Assembly: GCF_006345805.1 (NCBI RefSeq)
Contig: NC_043003.1
Coordinates: 43,028,001-43,092,000 of the forward strand
DNA length: 64,000 nucleotides
From: Octopus sinensis
Lineage: Eukaryota
Direction of reading: 5' to 3'
Part shown: positions 39,333-52,074 of the stretch, piece after piece
Position numbering within the stretch: position 1 is the first letter of the stretch
Layout of the letters: the number at the start of each line of letters is the position of its first letter
Made by a program: the position numbers and the translations under genes
Notes under the pieces: model-generated
Databases searched by the model: none
The model's input: only the letters and a program-made list of their open reading frames with translations
Told to the model about the DNA's origin: nothing

Positions 39333-39784
39333 TAACCATTCAGAGTCACTACACAAAGAAGATAGACTCCCTGAAGAGGAGACGAGAGAGATATGCACTG
39401 CTACACATATGGAAATTTTGGAGGATCTAGCTCGAAATTTCGGATTTGAAAGCTACAACAATCCCCGAACAAGAAGGCAGTGCACAGTCAGTACGAAAGG
39501 TCCCATCTTCTCCATCGAGAATACAAACCCAATATTGTAATAGTTTGGGATTCAAGGGACCACAACTTTCTAATGCCCTACAACAGAACGTCAAAGATCT
39601 GCGAGCTGTGGACATGGAAGTCTTCAAAAAACTTCTAGACATTTTTTTTTATATCTGCAAAACGGGATAAACCCACGTTGCGGCAAGAGGCACAAAGAAA
39701 AGCGGTAACGTCGAACTCACTACTTCACGACCAGTAATACTGGAAAAATCATAGCTTCAGCCGTGAAAGATAAAAGATAAAAGA
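39333..39784 (+). mobile_element. CR1-type LINE 3' fragment
   Basis: Translated pieces ..ESYNNPRTRRQC..CNSLGFKGPQLSNAL..KDLRAVDMEVFKKLLD parallel 19700-19960 of the long LINE; ends in (GATAAAA)n. Confidence 0.8.
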
Positions 39785-39850
39785 TATATATACATACGTA
39801 TGTACATACATACATACATACATACATACATACATACATACATACAAACA

Positions 39851-40279
39851 TTTTACTCTTTTACTCTTTTACTTGTTTCAGTCATTTTACTGTGGCCATG
39901 CTGGAGCACCGCTTTTAGTCGAGCAAATCGACCCCAGGACGTATTCTTTGTAAGCCTAGTACTTATTCTATCGGTGTCTTTTGCCGAACCGCTAAGTTAC
40001 GGGGGGGGGGGGTAAACACACCAGCTTCAGTTGTCAAGCGATGTTGGTGAGGGGACAAACACAGACACACAAACACACATACACTCATATATACATATAC
40101 ATATATATATCTATACATATATACGACGGGATTCTTTCAGTTTCCCTCTACTAAATCCGCTCACAAGGCTTTGGTCGGCCCGAGGCTATAGTAGAAGGCA
40201 CTTGCCAAGATGCCACGCAGTGGGACTGAACCCGGAACCATGGTTTATAAGCGAGCTACTTACCACACAGTCACTCCTA

Positions 40280-40282
<3 letters not shown>
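39851..40282 (-). mobile_element. Full-length SINE family D
   Basis: Reverse complement of 7586-8052, including the (TTTTACTC)n tail and the internal CA/TA tract. Confidence 0.92.
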
Positions 40283-40335
<53 letters not shown>

Positions 40336-41013
40336 TATATATAATTATATATATATATATATATATCCACAGACATAATAATCACTCACAGTGCAAAATT
40401 ACAACTCGAGATATGTTTCAATTATATAATTATAGTAGACAAATATGTAAAACTTTATTGCATATATATCACTTCTTGCGTATAAGATAATACTTAGCAT
40501 TTGTGAAATAAATGAAAAAATTATCGAACACATTTGTAAGCATCTTATATGTATGTACTCTGAGATTTTGATAGAACAGTGGAATTCAGAGAAATACAGG
40601 GATGGCAAATGAGGAAGAAAACAATCAATCATTTATAAAGACAATCATCTGCGAGGATTGTGCAATAACAGCAACATTCACTTCAGAGTAAATGCTGTGT
40701 GCATTTTCAGGAAATAAATATACTTGATTACAAAGGCCATTTTATTTTCGTTTTATACGTGGTGTAACGAGAAAAGGAAAGCTACATATCTTTCGCAAAG
40801 TCACTTATTGACTCAGTAATTCGTTCGCTCACTCACTCACTCACTTACTCACTCGTCATTTTCTCTCTCTCTATATATATATCTACATATTAATGCATGT
40901 CTGTATGCATATTAAATGCATTTACATGCATGTACACATAAGTATATATCTACATGTATATATATATATATATATATATGCAAACACACACACATCTATG
41001 TATATATTTATAA

Positions 41014-41067
<54 letters not shown>

Positions 41068-41296
41068 ATGTGCGTGTGAATGAATGTATGCACACGTACA
41101 CCTATCCCACCACACTCGCACAGATAAAACGCACACGGAAACATATGTTCTTCAAACAGTTGTAAGGCATGGACCGTATACACATACATAATATCAACAA
41201 CTCCATTCTCCACTAGTTGTTAATACACATACAATCTTTACATACATAAATACATACATACATACATATATACATACATATACATATGTATGTATG

Positions 41297-41360
<64 letters not shown>

Positions 41361-41780
41361 TATATATATTACAGAATTCACACGCACATACATGCGTGTC
41401 TGTGTGCCTACGTGTGCTTGTAACACCACTCTCAGATTGTTCACGAAGCAATTGTCCAATACATTATATGCAGAAAAATAAATGAAATGAAATTGAATCT
41501 TTGGAGACATAAACAGGTCAATACTTGACTACCTAATAGTCACCAAACATATGTATATATACTACATTCGTACATAAAGATACGTTTCATTGTATACACA
41601 CCCTACAGTAATAAATGGTAATATAGTTTACATATTAAAGCGATAACTTATCTTATTTCTCATATGTTCGGCTTAATTTACCAGCTGTGGCAAGAGTTGA
41701 TATTTCCTAACTCATTTTAAGAAATACTTTCTCACCCACACGTACGTGCATGTGTGTGTATATAATATATATATATAATA

Positions 41781-41822
<42 letters not shown>

Positions 41823-43898
41823 TATTATATATATATTATATATATATATATATCATACATACATACATACATACACGCACAAACATATATATATATATGT
41901 GTGTGTGTGTATGTGTCTGTGTGTGTATAATATTCTGAATATCTATGTGGGCGTTTATTTATAAGTATGTCTTGATGTGTGCCTGCATAACTGTTGAAAA
42001 TATCGTCCATAATAAGGTTTTTATACTCATAAGTAGTACAATTTCGCATTTATATACATACATACTATATATAGTATGTGTGTCCGTAAAACACACGCAC
42101 ACGTGCATGTACACAAACGCACAGATATACGCACACTCATATATTCATATAGATATAAAAGGAAAATGTGGGATGTTGGAGGGGAGGAGTTGAAAAAGAA
42201 AGACATACATTGTGTAGAAGGGAAACATATTATATCTGTCGTAAATAATGTAATTCTGGATTAGGTTTGGGTGGGTTCATAATGTAACTAAAGTATGATT
42301 GATGGTGAACACTGAGTTGGAAATATTTCGAGATAATATCAATGTATTCTTATTGAAGACTGGCCTGCCACATGACCTGCTTATAAAGATAGTATCGCTG
42401 TTTTCTAGTAATAGAGAGAAAATGAGAAAAAAGCTCTGCTAAATCGCTACAAAAAAATGTATAGAAATATTCACCGACCTGGTGAGGAATTAAATCTCAA
42501 ATCGAAAGGAAAATATAGTATGTGATAGCAATATTTAGGAAATATTAATATAATGATTATATAGTGAATATTTATATAGCTGAGCGCTATAGTTACACGC
42601 CATACACTGTAATATTTAGAGAGCTTCACTTGGTGTTTTGAATAATAAACAAATATCAATGACAAAGGGCCGTAATAGCTGAACAAATATATATGTATGC
42701 TAACGCAATAATTCTTCAACGTATATTTAGTCGTTTGATGTTTTGTAATGTTGTTTGATTTTATGGCTAGAGGTCACCTGTCTGAATATTGCTGCGGGTA
42801 ATATATTGTGAATTTTATGATTCTTCCCCACCATTAGTTTATAAATCAGTCTAACGTGTGTAGACTCGTTTTAGGTGGGCCTCTGTCCCCTACTAAACTA
42901 CGCGACTGAGGTTACTGTCAAGTATGTTTAATTGACAGTTGATAAATATAGATATATTGCATTGTCACAGTAATGCACTTTTGCCTTTTAATACAATGAT
43001 ATTGAATTATAAGATTGTCGGAAAGTCAAATAGTGTTATGTACATTCTAATCTTGATTTATTTGCTTTCTATCAAAATAAGGGTGACGGAAAATGTATGT
43101 AAGTAGGAAACTTAAAGTTATGTGTTATTGGAAAGGCGAAGAATTAGGCAACGTTATTGTTAAAAGTCGAAACGATATTTAGAGGAAACAGAAATTCACC
43201 ACAGTCTTATTTAAGTTATGTAGTCCATAAAATAAATCTAAGCAAACGATGTAGGGGATTAAGGAGGATTAAAGAAACAAAAAATATTGTATCTTGGTGC
43301 AGCGTTCATATACATGGTCTGTCCTCTATATACATTTTGCTCGGTATTTTGAGTCCTTAAACAAAATTTAAAAGAGAAAAAGTGTTTCACCATCTCTGGA
43401 ATATAAATTCTTAATTTCTCAGCTTCTCTTCTTTCTGGCTTGGACAAATACAACATTTTCAATTGAATATACTTTCTTTATGCTTCTAAAACCCGTCACC
43501 AAACATTACACACTATTACTTGAGCTAATGCTTTGTAATGCTACCTGATTATTAGAATCTATCTCTGCAGCATTGTTTTTCACGTGAAACAAACAATAAG
43601 ACGAAGGTCCATATTAATCAACTTAACCTGCCAATCCTCATTCAATATTTTACTAAGAGAGTGCCAAAGAATTTCTTTTCCATCTCAAGTAAAATGCAAT
43701 GTAATTTACCGTATTTCTGATAACAGAAATGGAATTGGAAAATAAAAGAAATCGTTGCATGTAATGGAAATTGTATTTCATTCGCAAATTCTTTCAAGTG
43801 ATATGTTTCTCATCATCTGGTATAAAAAGAAACATATATACTCATGTTATTAGATATAGTTTTGCTAAAAGTATGATTTGATGTGGAATTGGTCTATA

Positions 43899-44761
43899 TA
43901 CGTTGTCTGATCAATAAGTATCCGGACTGTTGCCATAATAGCGAAGCTAAAACACGCAGATTAAAGCCGCTTGCACATATTGACCTTGAACTCTGCTATG
44001 CATTAATAAAAGATTTTAACGTTTTAGGTCATTTCCGCTGTTTACAGTAGTGCATGAAAGTAACATGTGTAGCGTGGGTTCGTCGCACTGACCGGTGACA
44101 AAGCTGAGCAGAGAATCTACATCAAACTTTGCCAAATGCATTGCTATACCTGCTCAGAGGCCAGCTTATAGTTTTCAAAAAGTTTTCATCGTTCTCGACA
44201 CAATCAAGGAGACTTTATGCAACCGAAACCCGAGTGTGTTTCTGGTTAGCTGAAAGTAGTTTTGGCACAAAATTGGCAGACATGCATCTAATACTCAAAT
44301 CTTTAGTGATAATGGAGTGAATTGAATTGTAGCTAATCTGCACATCTTCTGATAACTCATAGATTGTGAATCGACGATTTCTCTTCACAGCTGCATGCAA
44401 ATCTGCGATGGTTTTTCCCAATTCTGCTGGTTGCAGGTCTCTCAGAACGTTCGTCAATATTGACATTATTTCAGCCATCTTTCAAACTTCTGAGCAACAC
44501 GTAAACTTGTGTGCGCTCATACACATCTCTCCATATAATTTCTGCAACTTTGCATGGGTCTCTGGGCAGGTATCGCCATGAAAACTTTGTCTAACATAGT
44601 CAATGTGACGATCGCACGCTACACATGCTCCTTCCAAGTAATGCTGTAAACAGCAGAAGTGGGCTAGAATGTTAAAACTTAGAGCACATGCACAGCAGAA
44701 GTCAAGCGACTATGCTTTAGCTTCGTTACTAAGTCCGGATACCTTTTGATCAGACCTTGGA
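43899..44761. mobile_element. Mariner-derived element made of two 5' ends in inverted orientation
   Basis: Terminal TACGTTGTCTGATCAATAAGTATCCGGAC / GTCCGGATACCTTTTGATCAGACCTTGGA. The left arm carries the transposase start (..EQRIYIKLC). The right arm (minus) encodes an N-terminal transposase to ..RRFTIYELSEDVQIS..FVPKLLSANQK..ENDENFLKTI. Confidence 0.8.
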
Positions 44762-45367
44762 CATCATAATAAATACAAGGTGACATAACCAGCTATAAAG
44801 ACAGAACGGAGTCGTACTAAATTACTAACAATTATTCTAAAATAAGCAAAAGACAAGAAATTTGAAAGAACGGGTTTAATCAATTATATTTCATTGTATT
44901 TCTCGATTGGTATTTTATTTAGTTCATCTAGGAATAATGAAAGTCAACAATTTAACGTCATTAAGATCTGAAGTCGGTGAAAAGTGGGTATTTTCGCGAC
45001 AACTAACGGTTCTCATAATGTAACATAGGGTTATTAATAATAACTAAATTTGATCTTCTAAGATTGAACTCATGTACACAATACTTAATTTATATATTTT
45101 GTTTTTATATTTGCTTTTTGTACCGTACGCTATCCCAAATACCTCTGCACTTGTTACTAGCAAGAGAATATGACTTATTAGCAAGTACCATGAATACATT
45201 CATTGCTTAAGATGCCATATCCATAGATGACCCTTTAGCTCCTCCCACATTATAACAGCTCAACATTCAAGATAGATCTATCTATCCATCTATCTATCTC
45301 TATACATACACACGCACACACACACAAACATACACACGCACACACATGTATATGTACACCCATATAA

Positions 45368-46804
45368 ACGCTAATAGCTAAGGAGTAAAATTTAGGATTT
45401 CTCGGTTTTCCGAGAATCAATGCTGATAAAACATTTCCCAGCTGGTTTGCACACTATGGCAACACCATTGTTATATTTCTATTATAATGTGTATCGCCCT
45501 TTCTTTTTTTATTTCAGTTTCTTCTAATTTTGGGTGAATCACGCTAATAGCGTCTCACTTCCCTAAGAACAAAGGGACATAGAAAAGGCCTTATCGATTA
45601 AGAAAAGTCTGTCATTATCAAGGAAAGTGCTAAAGGCATCTCGCTTCATGTCATTGCGGAGATGTTAGGTCGTCATGTGGACACGGTTAGACGATTCCTG
45701 AAGGACCTTTCGCCACAGAAGAAACGATCCAATTGTGGGACCTGCAAGACTGTGACAGCTAGTGATTTAAGTAATATTGGCCGCAAGTTACGTGGGAAAC
45801 ATGCATAAAGAAGCAAAGCCATTTTTACCGCCTCCGGACTTTCTCGTGTACCGAAATCCACCAGAAACCGCATCTTCGGGACCATGACTTCCGTGCAAGA
45901 ACCCCTGGGTCTGCATTCTTTAACGCCTCATCACAGGATTTCGAGGCTTCAGTGAACTCAAAATTACATGATGTTAGACATGAGTTGTTTCCTGTTTACT
46001 GAATAAACCAGGGCGACCCTTGACGGACATGACGGTTGGGCAAATAGTTGGGTCTCTTTGGAGACGAACATGACCAGCGTTTATGACGTCAACAACAGGA
46101 TGGAGGAGTTATGTTGTGGGCCGGTATCACTGAAGACAGATTTATTGGCCCAGTCAAGGAGTCTGAAAGGGTTAAAGTGACCGCAGCCGCCTACTGTAAT
46201 CTCCTGAAGGAGGTCTTGGCTCACTGGTTAGATGACATATCGCTGTCACGTTTAAGGAATCTCATAGTCATGCATGTCAACGCTCCGACCCATTCTGTTA
46301 CGACAACTCAAACACTACTAGGGTCTTACAGCATACAAGGTTGATGGTGTGGCCGCCAGCATCTCTGGATCTCAACCCTATCGAAAATATTTGGTACATC
46401 ATTAAACAAGATGTTTATGCCGATGGACGGCAATTTATATCTTACGGGCGACCATCAAAGCTGCAGCAGAGGCAGTCCAACCTGTTACTATTAAGAAATT
46501 GACAGATTCCATGACTAGTAGGGTTTTTGAAATTATCTGTCGAAATGGCGTTCATGTGGCAAAGTATCATTACTCTTCAATTTCTGAAAAAACAAAATGT
46601 CTAGATGGGCTATTCAAAAGCTATTACTGTGTTCACCCAAAAACTGAAGAATCTGATATAAAAGAAAGAAAGGACCTTACACAGAATAGTGAAGACATAA
46701 CAATTGTGTTGCCATGGTGTGCAAACCAGCTGGGAAAGGTTTTATCAAAATTGATTCACAGAAAACCGAGAAATCCTAAATTTCACCCTTAAGCTATTAG
46801 CGTG
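45368..46804 (+). mobile_element. Full-length decayed Tc1/IS630-type transposon with ~185-bp IR/DR-type TIRs
   Basis: TIRs 45368-45551 and 46620-46804. Transposase relic: FTE*TRATLDGHDGW, GGVMLWAGI, MHVNAPTH, WPPASLDLNPIENIW (FTDE..LDGPDG / DNAP.H / SPDLNPIEN motifs), with stops and frameshifts. Confidence 0.9.
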
Positions 46805-46854
46805 GTTCTGGTTATATATATATAGGCCCACTTCTAAGTTATCTTAAATATATT

Positions 46855-46864
<10 letters not shown>

Positions 46865-46940
<76 letters not shown>
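46865..46940. repeat. (GA)n microsatellite
   Basis: Direct inspection. Confidence 0.97.
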
Positions 46941-46943
<3 letters not shown>

Positions 46944-47081
46944 TGCAACGCACAACTGTAGCCACATATAAACTGTTGTTGTTCGTAATGAAACCGAAAT
47001 GAAATAATCGATGTTACACTCATTTTCTAGATCAAAACTTCGATTTTGAATGTTAACAATAGTTTATGCCATGAAATCTAA

Positions 47082-47148
<67 letters not shown>

Positions 47149-47169
47149 TATATATATATATATATATAT

Positions 47170-47678
47170 AATAGAAATATTAAAATTACTAAGTCTCTCT
47201 AAAGGAGATTACGGCAGCGTTACTGGATATTAATAGTTATCGCCATACTAATATGGTAGTTTATAAATAAGACTAAAGCTGTCGCTGATTAGCTCCAAGA
47301 GGCCATCGCCTCTAGCTAGTTATATGACACACGAACCTGCGTCCATTACAACCTTCGAACAGGGGAGGTCAACCGCTTCACCTTGCTAGTCAGACATCTG
47401 CAGACATGTTTCAGGGCTGTTGCCCTTTATCAATGCAGCGTAGTCAGAACCAGCAGGTGTCGCTACTGACCGTCTGTTCGAAGATTTTATTTACCTAGTT
47501 ACAGTGGAATACATCCGCTTGTTTTCAATAATAGAAATATTAAAATTACTAAGTCTCTCTAAAGGAGATTACGGCAGCGTTACTGGATATTAATAGTTAT
47601 CGCCATACTAATATGGCAGTCTATAAATAAGACTAAAGCTGTCGCTGATTAGCTCCAAGAGGCCATGACCTCTAGCTA
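47170..47678 (-). mobile_element. 1.4 head-to-tail units of a 360-bp monomer containing one hammerhead (retrozyme / Penelope pLTR-like)
   Basis: 47170-47318 is repeated at 47530-47678 (offset exactly 360, 4 mismatches); one end abuts (TA)n. Confidence 0.8.
47398..47438 (-). ncRNA. Minimal type I hammerhead ribozyme, U3-A8 covariant
   Basis: Minus strand: CTGCA-TTGATAA-AGGGC AACA GCCCT-GAA-ACATGT-C-TGCAG. Perfect 5-bp stems I and II, palindromic stem III, GUC cleavage triplet (C at 47403). Confidence 0.8.
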
Positions 47679-48306
47679 TATAAAACCAGTAAAACTTTTT
47701 TCATTTCCGATTTTTTTAAGGGTTTAGAAAAACTGAAGGAGAGCTGCAATTAGTGCGTGAATCAGGGAGAGGAATATGATGAAAAATATCCTGTATTTTT
47801 CTTTTACTCAAAGCCAGGAACTTTTCAGAACCCCTTCGTTTGTTTAAGTACGCTAATATTTTAAAATGAACTCTTAAAGGTATATTTCTGTCAGACATAA
47901 ACCGTTTCCCGATCTAACAAGCCTAATAGAAACATGGGTGCTTTTAGTTGAATGCTATTTGCCGTAAACATTTGGTGCATCTCAACGGGTTACAGATAAA
48001 TTTCTATCACCAAATTCAGTAGCTCTGAAAAACGTTGTTAGATACGTAAAACCCTAAACATTTCAACTGTCTAATCTTAAATACCTTTTGAATCTTAGGA
48101 AAGCTAGTATTTCCATAATTCAGAATAATGCCGACTACGCGGGACAACGAATGTTATCGAAGGAACAAAATGCATTTCGTGTTTATTCATGAAATGGTAT
48201 TTTCTAGAGGAACCACCTGCATGTTTAAATAGATTTAAGTTTTTGTCTTTTTACCTTTCGAGTTCAACGTTCACACACACCCACAGACACGTACGCATGC
48301 GCACAC

Positions 48307-48347
<41 letters not shown>

Positions 48348-48793
48348 CATTACATACGTACACTTATATACATATATCCATGTTGCATTCGTATAAGTGT
48401 GTATTTCTTCGCAATTTTGAAACCCATCAAAAAATAAAGCCTGGGCACTATGCTATGTTATTCGCCGTCATTTAGATATTACAGAGCATAAATCTTGTGG
48501 TGCTACTCTATCTCCTGGTTACTGGCCTTCGACGGTGTAAAAGAAACGGAAAGTATTGAAACCTCAAATAGATACAATACTTCGATTCGACAGAATCTAA
48601 ATTATTTTCTACAGTGTAAAAGACAAGTGTCTCTCTATAGTAAAATAATCCTTTATAATCATAAAACTAGCGCTGTCGCAGATCTTGTAATTACAACATA
48701 CGTACACAGAAACTTCTTCTCTCTCTTTCTCATACACACACACACACTCACATACATATAGACACATATATACACATGTCTATCAACAAATTA

Positions 48794-48899
<106 letters not shown>

Positions 48900-50443
48900 C
48901 ATATGCACACTCTCACACATGCAAATATATGAATAATATATGTATGTGAACGGGTTTCTCTTCCTCTGTGTGTGTGTGTGTGTTGATATTATACACGCAA
49001 ATTTCTTCGTACACAATTTTCTGTTAGCTGAAACTTAAAACTGTACCTGTTGAAATTATTGAGCAATGCTAGTTGCTATTGGAAATCAATAGTTAGAATA
49101 CTGCATCAATAATTTTATAATGTATTCGGTTTTTTCTTTTTTTTTTTTCAAAAAATATTTCTACACTTTCTTTTCACACGAAGCAATGTTTAATAACATT
49201 TTACAACCATACTTGTCAGCATTGTATTCACACAAAGAATCTAGGTTACATTCTTCCGTTGCCGTTTCTCGCAAATTTATCAGCATATCTGCCAAATGTG
49301 ATAGGGTATAATAAGCCCATTGTTGAAAGGATGAAGAGTAAAATTATTGCTTCTGGTACGTGTGTTAATAGTACAATTGAACTGAGAAAATGATGGCGAA
49401 ATTCAGGCTGGAATTTCCACTTTTATAGTAATTTTTCCCTATGAAATAAAGCATTTTAAATCAGGCGTGAAACCGTATGCAAGTCCTGTAAAATTTTTTG
49501 CCCTCGGCCACAATGAAATACCTGCTACACCAACTGATATGCAAGTTCGTAACTTACTTACACCATCAATAGCCATACGTTTCATATATAGATAATAATG
49601 TAATTTCGATCTTTATAGAACTATTTCCTATTTTACGTCCGTTTGTATGCTATAACAACATAATTGATTATATATAATTTATGAGCAGAATCTTTATTAT
49701 GTTTCTCTCTAACGAAGGGTTTAATATATCGAATGTTTTGCTCACACATATTATACTATATATTATACTACCGATGGTATATTAACAACAGCAGTACCCC
49801 CAACAACAATATCAGGAAAACAGGGACAATATCAACACTATGAATTGCAAAAAAACGATCATAGTGATAATAAAACTAATGATGTTAACTTAAGTATGTG
49901 ATCCAAGTATGTATTTCCTTTAGAAATACAAGTTTAACACAAACACCTACGCACACACACGCGCGTACAAATACACACAGTCGTGCGCGCGCAACACACA
50001 CACACAAATGCAAGCATACAGACACAAACACAGAAATAGGCACCTCTTTAATTTATTTTATAGGCCACAAAAGCCAAAAACGTTGAAGTACAAAATACGT
50101 CGCTATATTGGTGTCATCAATCGAACCACTTACGGATGTGCCCGACGTAACGAAAACTTTTAGTACTCGCATGTTATGTGTCTGTGCTTGGTGATATAGC
50201 GCTTCATGGCGAGCAGATCAAATCATGCAAAAGACGAATCTGTTTGTCAGCCGAGTCTTTCACAAGAGTCATATCACTATTTATTTTCCTTGGACAGAAA
50301 CATGTTTAGTGTTTCTCATTAATTTCTCCAAGTACTATTTCAGGAGACAAGAGAAGGTACAGGTGGAGGTACTGTATTCTAGTGAATTTGAGGAACAGTG
50401 AATGTTACTAGCTAGACGGGCGTGGTTAAGTAAATGGTATTCT

Positions 50444-50668
50444 GCGAGCTGGCAGAAACGTTAGCACGCCGGGCGAAATGCTTAGCGGTATTTCGTCTGC
50501 GTTACGTTGTGAGTTCAAATTCCGCCGAGGTCGACTTTGCCTTTCATCCTTTCGGGGTCGATAAATTAAGTACCAGTTACCCACTGGGGTCGATGTAATC
50601 GACTTAATACCTATGTCTGTCCTTGTTTGTCCCTTCTATGTTTAGCCCCTTGTGGGCAATAAAGAAAT
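50444..50668 (+). mobile_element. SINE family C copy (slightly 5'-truncated)
   Basis: High similarity to 1840-2068. Confidence 0.92.
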
Positions 50669-50976
50669 GGGTATTAACTATGAAGCCTTAAATAAGAAAT
50701 AGAAGACAGTATTCATCTTTCAGCGTCAGGGTAATGGGAGGTGGAGGGTAACGGGTGCCTTGAATTAGCTTATGCAGCTGCTCTCGCATTTTGTGGGACA
50801 GTTAAATAAGTGCCAGTTGAGCACTGGAGTAGACGTGATTGATTTATTCCCTCATCCTATACTGCTGGCCTTGAGCCAAAATTTTTAAATCCTCCTTCTC
50901 TTCCTCCTCCTCGTCCTCTTCGTCGTCATCGTCCTCCTCCTCCTCATCATCATCATGATTATTACCATTATTATTA

Positions 50977-51192
50977 GAAGACGGCGTACTGGCAGAATCG
51001 TGAGCACACTGGAAGAAATATTTAGCAGTATTTCGCCCGTCGCTTCATTTTGAGTTCAAATTCTGCTGAGGTCCACTTTGTCTTTCATCGTTTTGGGGGT
51101 CGATAATGTAAGTACAAGTGAAACATTGGGTCGATGTAACCGATTAGTCCTCAGCACCAAAATTTCTGGGCTTGTGCTTCCAGTAGAAATGA
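50977..51192 (+). mobile_element. Diverged SINE family C variant
   Basis: GAAGACGGCGTACTGGCAGAATCG..GAGTTCAAATTCTGCTGAGGTCCACTTTGTCTTTCATC. Confidence 0.8.
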
Positions 51193-51207
51193 TTATTATG
51201 ATTACTG

Positions 51208-51242
51208 AAGGCGGCGAGCTAGCAGAATCGTTAGCACGCCGG
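51208..51242 (+). mobile_element. SINE family C head fragment fused to the ~540-bp element
   Basis: GAAGGCGGCGAGCTAGCAGAATCGTTAGCACGCCGG is followed directly by ACTACACGTCTGATAAGGG. Confidence 0.75.
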
Positions 51243-51727
51243 ACTACACGTCTGATAAGGGTACACCAAACACATGCATCATAACCACATGTGCACGACA
51301 TGGGGATCTCATATCAAGATAAACAGTGTATGAACTTGCAGGTAGGGCCCAGTTAGAAATTTCTTCAGATCAAATAGCCCATCCCGCTCAAAAAGTCCCT
51401 GAATAAGGGTTGCTTAAGGATGATGAACAAAACACCCATGTTGACAAAGGTGAGTTATCCAAATTATCCAAAGAACTCCCCTCAACACATGGCTATGATG
51501 CTCCCCCACTACTTCTGCTCGTGATCAGAGATGCACATATCGTCAGCCACGAACGGACATTCTCAACTGTTGAAGGTCAAACAACTGACAAGCAAATCTG
51601 TGGTATTGAGCAGAATGTTTGCTGTAGCCTATCTTCTATATCAAGACAAAACTATGTACATGATAATACTTCCAATCTGTTAGGATCAGAAGCCACGAGA
51701 GCCACTGCCTGGTACTGTATCAGGGCA
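51243..51727. mobile_element. ~540-bp non-coding interspersed element, copy 1 (truncated on the left)
   Basis: Homologous to 53286-53839 and 54087-54628; ends CAGGGCA-(TTA)n. Confidence 0.88.
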
Positions 51728-51748
51728 ATTATTATTACTATTATTGTT

Positions 51749-51787
<39 letters not shown>

Positions 51788-52074
51788 ATTATTTTTATTA
51801 TTATTTTTATTTTTATTTTTAATTTTATTATTATTATTATTATCATTATATGACTCTTCGATATTTGGTAGATTCAAGCACATTTTTACTGCATCATTTG
51901 CTACACCTCCGTGTAGCTGGGTTGTGTGTAGCATTGTTGGTGTGTGTTTTTTTATTGCTGTTGGGAGTGTAAGAACTCTTCCAGGTACTGCATTGTGTTA
52001 GATATTTTTTCCCTTGAGCTGCTGTCTTTTGTTGTGTTACTGCTTGTATTGTGTACTGAGTGGGTAATGGTTTG

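Noticed and set aside
47250-47275. TAATATGG and TATAAATAAGAC shared with the palindrome arm (21459, 21678)
   Set aside because: Short AT-rich matches in opposite orientation relative to the respective hammerheads; probably chance.
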